Shown one piece after another: positions 23,799 to 32,823 of a DNA stretch of 32,823 bases. Source of the DNA: Priapulus caudatus (Eukaryota); the NCBI RefSeq assembly GCF_000485595.1, contig NW_014577083.1:115689-148511 (forward strand). The letters run 5' to 3'. The notes beneath the pieces were generated by a model. The model searched no databases, was not told the origin of the DNA, and saw only the letters and a program-made list of their open reading frames with translations. A program made the position numbers and the translations under genes. How positions within the stretch are numbered: the first letter of the stretch is position 1; each line of letters opens with the position of its first letter.

Positions 23799-24072
23799 NN
23801 NNNNNNNNATCACTGATTAATCAGTGATGGGAACCCTCACCATGCTTGTCTCGTGAGCTTGATCAAAGATCTCGCGAGCTTTTGCGAGAACGTCCGACAG
23901 CGAGGGTGCTGTTATCTTCTGCCGGCGATCGTGGATGAGAAGCCCTTCCTGGCTGTGCTGCACGTTGTGTAGACTCATCAGCTGAGGTTCGTACGTGAAG
24001 CGTCTGTGCTTCCACTCACCCGATGCCTCGTTGACGGTGTACTATAAGGCGAGGAGGTAAACATGTAGGGCC

Positions 24073-24132
24073 TCTATCCATCTACCTACCTACCTACCTA
24101 CCTACCTACCTATTTATCTATCTATCTATCTG

Positions 24133-24192
<60 letters not shown>

Positions 24193-24241
24193 CCTATCTA
24201 CCTATCTACCTATCTACCTATCTACCTACCTACTTACCTAT

Positions 24242-24320
<79 letters not shown>

Positions 24321-24321
24321 G
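24073..24321 (+). repeat. (CTAT)n/(CTAC)n/(CTACCTAT-like) microsatellite
   Basis: Direct reading. Confidence 0.95.
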
Positions 24322-26565
24322 CTCGCTATCTTTGCCCCGTGGGTATCTCCCTTTCTCTCGCTTTTTGTCTCTCAATCACCAATGCCATCTCACAGTAGCT
24401 CCCAGTTTTACAGTGATGGTTCTTGCTGCTCAGACAGGCGCATGAATTGAGCAGCTGATTGCGCGCTCTCTCTCTCTCTTCTCATAGAATAATAATAATT
24501 TGATATCCGCTCGCTCTTGAATTCAGTAATACACCAGAATGATATAACACGATTTTGTCTGTATTCGAGAAGGGTAGTTATGATTGCCACCTGCCCAAAA
24601 ATATGCTTGAAACAATTTTAAACCCGATATCGACGTACAATGTTTGCAATATTAGCAAGAGTGTCATAATATAGACACTAATAATTATAGTCCTTAATCT
24701 ATATTATCACACTCCTGATATTATTGCATCTATCGTTGATGTAAGATTCATATAAGCGGTAGCGTCACAGAGACTTGAGACAGTATGGCGGGACCCCCTT
24801 CACTCCTCCCCTTGTAAGTGACTCCATTGTACTTCGAACAACAATACGAAACATGCCCGTGTCTAATATAAACAGCTAATTAAGTTACAGTGAAGACGAG
24901 CATTTCTGACCACCATACGTTGTACGCAACGCATTAGCGTAAAAGGAATACATAGAATGTTATCTATCTAACAGATTTTCTTAGATCCCTCAGAGATTTT
25001 GTTAAAAGCCGGACTTTGTTCGTGTTTGTTTATACACACTTTGTTAGTAACACTAATGCAAAATTTATTTAAAGTAGAATAGTATATATACTTGCGATTG
25101 TCAGCGTAAACTATTAGGGTTGTAGACACAATGTGAACGTGTAGTATCTTTTAGGTACATGCTAGTGTGCTACATGCTAAATTTCGCATTTCCTTTACAA
25201 ACGTTGAATACCCCCTTCATTTTACTGAAACTCTATAATAAACTGCATGGGAACATGCAGTGATGAATGCATATTTTTTATATATCCACCACAAATTTTG
25301 CCAGTTGTGATCCTCACCTATGGCCCGTTGCCAGAAACATCGTTAAATCGGCTAATTTTACGACCACTTTTGTTTCTAACAACGGGTCAGTAGTACGCTA
25401 TTTGTTCTAACGGTGCTACATTACGAATACCGCGATGAAGGTTTAACTCACGTAGTTGTATGGCTTGCAGGGTTAGTGTTGATCAAGTGCTGTCTGGTCT
25501 ATGTAACATTGGGATCTGGCAAGTATAACAGTGAAATCATCAGTAAACAAGTAAATTGTATGCGGGTATAAGATTTCACAGTCAGAATGCGAAATCTAAA
25601 ACTGAATAAAGGTTATTATGTGGATATTTTCCTGCCACCCCGTTCGTGCCTGCTTCCCACATAATCATCGCACATAACGAGTCATATTTAAGCTGTATGT
25701 GCCAATAGTGACCGCGTGTCACTATCAAAATAAAAATGAAAGCAATCCTATTAAAAAATAATTTTTTTTATGAATATGGATAGTTTATCTAAGCGCGTTC
25801 ACAAAGATACAATTCACTTGATCTGTAACACTATTTCTGTTAAACTGTGAGACATGTAAATTATTGATAATACATTTCAGGGTTTGTCGATAGGTTGCGC
25901 GCGTACGTGCACGATGGCACCCCAATGCTCTCATGATTCCGCCATGTTAGCTTTGATGTCTCTGTGGAATTAGCATCGCATGTATTATTAATATCTCGCT
26001 ATCGATTTAATATACCAGCAGCTGAGCCATCACGTGGCGCTGGTGCAGCTTGCTGTTATCCCGAAGGCCTAAATAGATAAATACAAACATTTCTAACACA
26101 ATAGGTTGACTGATTGCTACATACTGAATATCTAATGTATTTTCGATCACGATTAAATGCGCTGGATAGTACACTACTTATCTGTATGTTTGCTTGAAAA
26201 CCTTAACGATAGCCGAACTAGCAACGAATCTGTTGCTCAAAGCTATACACGAATAGACACTACAGTATTAAAATACCGTTTCCGTATCTTTCCTTTATTC
26301 TACCAATTTAAATTGCCCGAAAGCCTGTAAACACCATGAGGTTATAAAATGGGTCAATGATGCCCAGGAGGATATGTGTATGCGCGCCTTTTAAATTATA
26401 TGCTTCTACTGGGCCTCATTACTCTCCGGTATATGCAAGCATAAATAACGTCCATATGAAGCGTTGTAGCGGGTGATTCATCGTCTAAAATATTTGCTGT
26501 GAACAATATAAAAGTACGAGGGTTAGAAGTGTGTCTAAGTATGTGAAACTTTATTAAGGCTGACT

Positions 26566-26790
26566 TATACCGGACCGTACGGTATACCGGAACGTACCCT
26601 GGTAACTATTTACCTCGCCTACCGTACCTCGCCTACTCCACTAACGAGTCTAGGGAGTCGCCTACGCCTACTCCCTAACCATAACTCTAACCCTAACCAT
26701 ATCAAATAGTTACCAGGGTACGTTCCGGTATACTGGACCGTACCCAGGGTACGTTCCGGCAGTACCCAGGGAGACATAGACCCTATGAGC
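26566..26790. mobile_element. Second, left-truncated copy of the 22626-22921 telomere-carrying element
   Basis: Shares the CGCCTAC module, a short degenerate CCCTAA tract and the full right arm ending GACATAGACCCTATGAGC. Confidence 0.88.
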
Positions 26791-28022
26791 CGTAGGCTTA
26801 AATAAATAAATAAATTTATTTATTTATATATGATGATATGAATACCTGAATAAACTTTGGTGTAAGTTACGCAGTACATACATCTCGGTGGTACATGCAA
26901 TTAGTAAAATTAACCATTTTTTTAAGGTGCGCGTGATAGATACAAAAGGTATACCTACTCGATATGTTTGCTCTCCTATTTTAAAGCCAATATTTGGCTA
27001 GTTACTTATTTGGATTTTGACATTAATGATTTACATAATGATCTGGAGAAGGGAATTGTCGCATAATAGGCAGGCAATTTATTTTTGTATTGCCAACGCC
27101 CAAGCTATTTTCGTGCTAGTTTCCCATCAGCGTTCTCAACGCATATATTGCCGTATGTTAACGACTGGACTCAGCCTGCCAACAAAATTTACACCAGAGA
27201 AAATTGATCTATAAAACGACTGCACAATACGTACATGCGAAATTTTATACAACATATAGTAAATATTGAATAAAGTAAACGCACACTCATATGCTTATGT
27301 TATTTTACATGGACTTCCGTTTTCAACGAAAGAGATGCATACAATACTACATGCATACCTACACCGTATGATCTCAATCTACGCATTAAATCACACGCTT
27401 ATCGCGCTTATGTAATAAACGCATGTCTAAGTACCTCATAATGGCGTGTGAAGCATGCACCTTAATCAGCGCATTCTAGATGGGCTATGCGAGGTGAGCT
27501 AATCACCACTGCGCTGGCAACGCCTAATTGGATCATTGATGGCATCTCGTTGTCATACGTATCGTATAGGTTTGCTGTTGTCGCGGCCGGGTTTAGAAGG
27601 ATAACCGAATAATCGCCGAAAACATTGCTAACAACAGAGTTATTGCTATTGACGTCTTCTTTGCGTGTACTCTTGTTATAAGGAATATTGTGGGAAGACG
27701 ACTGTGGAAACAAATTCGTGAACAGCAATCGATCACGCGAGTCACGTCTCAACAAACAAAAATGTAGTCCGCGGTTTCTAATTCCAACGCAACGAACCGC
27801 AATTAACTACCGATTAAATGAGCGATTATTTCTCGCGGGTTGTCCTGTTAAATAGACCATTCCATAAACTAACCGTCGTTAGACGTCCCGCTGTAGCTGT
27901 AACGACGGTTAGTCCATGGTCCACGCACCGCATTACCTAATACCAACAATATTGTTAACGCCTCGATGGAATGTTAAAAAACAAGTATTGACGATTTTCT
28001 CTCCTTTTTTCAACAATTTCAG

Positions 28023-28156
28023 ATACCTGCTTCTGCTTGGCGAACGCGCAGGTCGTTGATTATCCAATCGTCTACTGCAATGAGGGCTTCAGCAAACTAT
28101 CCGGTTACCAGCGAGCCGAGGTCATGCAGCAGTCATGTAGCTGCATATTCATGACG
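28023..28156 (+). CDS. eag: eag/KCNH1-5 coding exon 2 (PAS domain)
   Basis: Polypyrimidine tract plus TTCAG acceptor ending at 28022. The phase-1 join with exon 1 (T+AT=Tyr) gives [45 protein letters not shown], the eag PAS motif LANAQ-V-D-PIVYCN--F-KLSGY-RAEVMQ. Donor ACG|GTGTGT at 28157 (phase 0). Confidence 0.96.
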
Positions 28157-28726
28157 GTGTGTCATACAACCACTCGCGAATAGGGAAGCATGTATAGCAA
28201 ACGGCACCTCAAGCGCGACTTTGGTTGATTATCTATACAGTTTATATAGAGCCTCTTAGCATTGGTGGAGGCCGAAGTCTTTAGTTGTTGATTTTCCGGT
28301 GCCCAATATGATGATAATTCTAGATAGTTCTTGCGACATATAACTAGGAACGAAATTACATTCTCGTAATATTTCAGCAGTAGAACTGAAAGTATATTGA
28401 TAAATATGTTTACTAATTTTGTAACTGAATCGGACGACATGTTTCGCTTCCGCAAAAAGATGTTGATTCACACTCACAGGGGTGTAGACCAGGGACCAGG
28501 GGGTCGAGATCAAAGAGAGATCAGCGTTATTATACAATACATCTATGATAAAAACAATTAGAAAAACAGTTAATTAAACAAAGAAATATTTTTAATTGGA
28601 CACATAATAAAGCAATTATTTGTAATTAATGCGCAATCTTCATTCAATTAGTGATATCATTTGAAATCCGATTTATCGCACGTATTTGTTCCCTGGTTGT
28701 TGTCTATGTTCTCGTGCCTCTTACAG
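28157..28726 (+). other. eag intron 2 (570 bp, phase 0)
   Basis: GTGTGT donor and TTACAG acceptor join FMT|GELTD in frame. Confidence 0.88.
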
Positions 28727-28823
28727 GGGGAGCTGACCGATCCAGAAACTATGAAGTCAATAACACAGTGCCTTGACAGTCAACAGCAGGATCAGTTTGA
28801 AATACTTCTATACAAGAAAAACA
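28727..28823 (+). CDS. eag: eag/KCNH1-5 coding exon 3 (PAS domain)
   Basis: Acceptor CTCTTACAG ends at 28726. Translation is GELTDPETMKSITQCLDSQQQDQFEILLYKKN plus 1 nt, followed by donor A|GTGAGT at 28824. GELTD and QQQDQFEILLYKKN are eag-subfamily motifs (as recalled for Drosophila Eag). No exon 4 was found in the rest of the window. Confidence 0.96.
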
Positions 28824-28997
28824 GTGAGTATATACGTTATAGCCATGTGGTATCGCGCCGTCCTGGTAGTTTTCGGGAAAATTTATTGCTGGTAATTTTA
28901 ATCGCATTATATATTTTCTTTTGTAAGCTACCAAGCGCGTTATTGTTGCGTTACAGTCACGTGCTTTATAGCTCTAATCCATAAAACTTACATACTG

Positions 28998-29029
<32 letters not shown>

Positions 29030-29242
29030 TGTATAATTTCACTTATCCACGAGAAATAATGCGATAAATTTCGTATTTGTAACTTCGTAATTATTAATTG
29101 AATAAAATACGAAAGTGCATTGTTTACTAAACGCCCAGGTAGCGTAGCTTAGCAACAATACGAATAAACGTAGATATTAGATTATGTAAAGATGCGAGTG
29201 TACGGCGTCGCTAGGTGAGAGTAGAAGCAACATTTTAACCGC

Positions 29243-29348
29243 ATGACGTCCGTTACATTACGTCGTTACGTAACGTCCGTTAACATTACATAACATTACC
29301 ACGTCGTTACAGTAACGTCCGTTACATTACATGACGTCCGTTACATTA
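29243..29348 (+). repeat. Short modular repeat (ACGTCCGTTACATTAC variants)
   Basis: Four ACGTCCGTT(A)ACATTA copies interleaved with CGTCGTTAC motifs. Confidence 0.75.
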
Positions 29349-29385
29349 TTTCTTTTCGTAATTCGAACGCACGTACACACGCGCG

Positions 29386-29387
<2 letters not shown>

Positions 29388-29470
<83 letters not shown>

Positions 29471-29490
29471 ACCATACACACATACAACAC
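29388..29490 (+). repeat. (CA)n microsatellite
   Basis: Direct reading. Confidence 0.95.
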
Positions 29491-29850
29491 ATGCAAACAT
29501 ATATTTCATATTTCATTTTTATTCGTAAGCCTCTGGAATAGACGCAAGTTACGTTCAGCGCTATTATTAATCGACATAAAAGATGGCCTCCTTTCTCGTA
29601 TGTTAGATACACGTGCTGAGTGGATAGCGATATACTTGTTAAGCGTGAACCCAAAATGTACATTTTGAATCCTATCAGCAGGCGAAAATTTCGGGTGAGC
29701 TACGTAGACGTGACGCCGATTTTAGTTTGGTCAACGGTGATTATAACCAACTCGGAATTCACAATGATCAACTTGATGATCAATCGATGATCCATCCATC
29801 TCAATGATCAATCGATTTAACTCGATCAAACGGAGTCATAAAACAGACAT

Positions 29851-30635
29851 NNNNNNNNNNNNNNNNNNNNNNNNNNNNNNNNNNNNNNNNNNNNNNNNNN
29901 NNNNNNNNNNNNNNNNNNNNNNNNNNNNNNNNNNNNNNNNNNNNNNNNNNNNNNNNNNNNNNNNNNNNNNNNNNNNNNNNNNNNNNNNNNNNNNNNNNNN
30001 NNNNNNNNNNNNNNNNNNNNNNNNNNNNNNNNNNNNNNNNNNNNNNNNNNNNNNNNNNNNNNNNNNNNNNNNNNNNNNNNNNNNNNNNNNNNNNNNNNNN
30101 NNNNNNNNNNNNNNNNNNNNNNNNNNNNNNNNNNNNNNNNNNNNNNNNNNNNNNNNNNNNNNNNNNNNNNNNNNNNNNNNNNNNNNNNNNNNNNNNNNNN
30201 NNNNNNNNNNNNNNNNNNNNNNNNNNNNNNNNNNNNNNNNNNNNNNNNNNNNNNNNNNNNNNNNNNNNNNNNNNNNNNNNNNNNNNNNNNNNNNNNNNNN
30301 NNNNNNNNNNNNNNNNNNNNNNNNNNNNNNNNNNNNNNNNNNNNNNNNNNNNNNNNNNNNNNNNNNNNNNNNNNNNNNNNNNNNNNNNNNNNNNNNNNNN
30401 NNNNNNNNNNNNNNNNNNNNNNNNNNNNNNNNNNNNNNNNNNNNNNNNNNNNNNNNNNNNNNNNNNNNNNNNNNNNNNNNNNNNNNNNNNNNNNNNNNNN
30501 NNNNNNNNNNNNNNNNNNNNNNNNNNNNNNNNNNNNNNNNNNNNNNNNNNNNNNNNNNNNNNNNNNNNNNNNNNNNNNNNNNNNNNNNNNNNNNNNNNNN
30601 NNNNNNNNNNNNNNNNNNNNNNNNNNNNNNNNNNN
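29851..30635. other. Assembly gap
   Basis: Run of N. Confidence 1.
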
Positions 30636-30717
<82 letters not shown>

Positions 30718-30796
30718 CGTGTGTGTGTGCGCGCGTTTGCGTGCAGGTTTGCGTGCGCGTTTGCGTCCGCGTTTGCGTGTGCGTGTACGTGTGTGT
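30636..30796 (+). repeat. (TG)n microsatellite with GTTTGCGTGC variants
   Basis: Direct reading; adjacent to a gap. Confidence 0.93.
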
Positions 30797-31449
30797 CACA
30801 ACAGATATAGTGTGTGTAGGAGGTTTATACACCGGTGTTCATTAATTAATCGTATAGTTAAGTAAAATTGCGTCATTTCCGCTGCCTCTGCGTAGTTTTT
30901 AACACCGATGCAGCTGCGCATCCTGTTTACGTTTTTGATGTTTTTACTTTGCGAATGGCTTTTCCTGCACGATTCCCATGATGACGTATATAAACGCAGA
31001 TGCTATGTTTGCGTCGACCACAAACACCCAGTTAATCAGCGCTCCAAGCGGCGACGGAAAACAATAGCCAGACCCGCAAAAGGCGAGAAGGATAGTGAAT
31101 ATTGTGGATGCGAGGCGGCGTGAGGCCTGTGAGAGGCATGATTACGCTCCAATATCTCGGCCTAGGAGTATCGTAGAGACAAGCGGTTGGTCTTATTTTA
31201 GAGAGCAAAGAATGCTGCTTAACGCAATACTATGAACTTAGTCTGAAACCGCATACAAAGTAGAATAATATTGCCGTGAAATAGCGCCATTTTTCCGTTT
31301 TCCCCTTGTACACTCTAGGTATTTATTAGCTCTTGGTATTATAAAACATTAAAATGCGAATGGCTCGAGCTAATATCTCGTCTGGGCGATAGTTAACGTT
31401 GCGTCAAGCAGATGAGTGAGACTGCGAATGTAATTACGCGAAACAGTTG

Positions 31450-31668
31450 AATTGTAGTGATAATGTACTTGCGTAAAAGAGGTTAATAACGGTGATACTG
31501 TGCTCACATAAAGCAGGAAAATTGTGGTGATAATGTACTTGCGTAAAAGAGGTTAATAACGGTGATACTGTGCTCACATAAAACAGAAAAATTGTGGAGA
31601 TAATGTGCTTGCGTAAAAGAGGTTAATAACGGTGATACTGTGCTCACATAAAGCAGGAAAATTGTGGT
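31450..31668 (+). repeat. 70-bp tandem repeat, 3 copies
   Basis: GATAATGTACTTGCGTAAAAGAGGTTAATAACGGTGATACTGTGCTCACATAAAGCAGGAAAATTGTG at 31459, 31529 and 31599. Confidence 0.95.
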
Positions 31669-31967
31669 AACAACGCGATTACCTAAAACAAGTAAACTAC
31701 GGCGAGACCGTGCTTTCATGTATTCGTACGTACGTACATACCCACATACATTGGTGATATTGCGTTAAACCTAAAGGTCACCACCTGTTAAGCATTGCTT
31801 TTTACATTTACTTGGTGACATATTTTCGTCGTAGCATCAGCAACAGACAGGTGGACACGCGACGTAATACAAAGTTGCTTCCGCCACAGGATTTCAGAAT
31901 CATCTCCTTGCTATACATATACACGCGATATGAAAACCATCGCACCTATGTGTTCACGCATGCAGCC

Positions 31968-32250
31968 TGTTCTGCTAGCATCTATGGCAAATACGACATA
32001 CGCATATCCGCTCTCCTATGACACTATTTGTCATAGGAAGATTCTTCCTATGACAAATATTATTGTATGTGTTGTGCGCATCACAGGAGTTTAGGAGCGC
32101 TATTATGAAAGCAAGCAGTCAATTTCAGCTATAAAGCGAAACGAAGTTGACTCGCCAATATTTGTCATAGGAAGAATCTTTCTATATTAAATAGTGTCAT
32201 AGGAGAGCGTATATGCGTATGTCGTATTTGTCATAGATTCAAGCAGAACA
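31968..32250. mobile_element. Palindromic MITE with ~93-bp inverted arms
   Basis: The left arm 31968-32060 pairs with the right arm 32158-32250 around a ~97-bp spacer. Same family as 20047-20203, in opposite orientation. Confidence 0.88.
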
Positions 32251-32685
32251 CGTAACCTATTCGGCATAGTTTTATTCGTGGCATTTGAGCTCTCACAACC
32301 AATTGATTAAATTTACCTACGCGCCTTAATTGACGATGTGCAAAGCGTTCCGCTGAATAGAAAGTGCGTCGTTGTGTTTTTTCTCCAAGCGCTAGACTGC
32401 TTTTGCTGAGGACGCACGCACGCACACGCGCACGCACACGCACTGTATTTCTCGTGAATTGCGACACACTGTATACATATAAACGAGCGAGTAATGTACA
32501 TGAAGGCGGAGCATACTGTCGTATACTGAAAATAATGGATGATGATCACTGCAAATCTATTGAGGATGAAATACACATACTCAATCAATGTCCTCGCCTC
32601 GCAGCCACCGCACTGCGTCTGTGTAATGTGATGTTGTGTCTAATTATTGCTGTCATGTTACCCGAACACACGGAAACGCATCCCC

Positions 32686-32783
32686 TTACACACTGATATA
32701 CACAGACACGGACACAGAAACTGACACACATACAGACCCAAACACAGACGCCGACATACACACACACGCACGCAGGCATGTAT

Positions 32784-32823
<40 letters not shown>
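32686..32823 (+). repeat. Degenerate then perfect (CA)n microsatellite
   Basis: Direct reading. Confidence 0.9.

Larger units (their letters stand above)
4426..28022 (+). other. eag intron 1 (~23.6 kb as assembled, phase 1)
   Basis: GT...AG boundaries with compatible phase and continuous protein homology across the join. The length is probably inflated by artefactual duplications and gaps. Confidence 0.88.

Noticed and set aside
23809..23828. Perfect 20-bp palindrome ATCACTGATTAATCAGTGAT
   Set aside because: It begins exactly at a gap edge, so it could be a contig-end artefact; no further support.
23890..24062. GC-richer block ending in GAG|GTAAAC, a possible alternative exon
   Set aside because: No recognisable protein similarity or clear acceptor; cannot be supported without transcript data.
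27462..27755. 97-aa minus-strand ORF
   Set aside because: Non-ATG start, no recognisable motif and no clear splice signals.
28661..28984. 107-aa ORF as a stand-alone gene
   Set aside because: Only 28727-28823 is eag-like; the rest is intron read-through.
30908..31123. 71-aa ORF as candidate eag exon 4
   Set aside because: Lacks the expected PAS C-terminal motif (TP-W...PIKNE...VVLFL...F-DIT).

Overview
Repeat-rich eukaryotic (animal) genomic DNA from a draft scaffold with five N gaps. No long ORF in the supplied track is a real gene: nearly all are translated microsatellites or gaps. The window does hold the 5' end of one conserved spliced gene on the + strand, an ether-a-go-go (eag/KCNH1-5, Kv10) voltage-gated K+ channel. 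Three coding exons (4347-4425, 28023-28156, 28727-28823) splice in phase into the 103-aa PAS-cap/PAS N-terminus [103 protein letters not shown]. Intron 1 is about 23.6 kb as assembled. The flank and introns contain two unrelated inverted-repeat elements carrying (CCCTAA)n telomeric tracts (one also has a tRNA-like Pol III module and four CRE palindromes), a non-autonomous Helitron, a palindromic MITE family (2 copies), a hAT-like MITE, satellites with 26, 70, 82 and ~550 bp units, and many microsatellites. Two duplications (7250-11449 and 13313-14570) look like assembly artefacts. I found no convincing novel multi-gene system. The telomere-carrying inverted-repeat elements are the most unusual structures.
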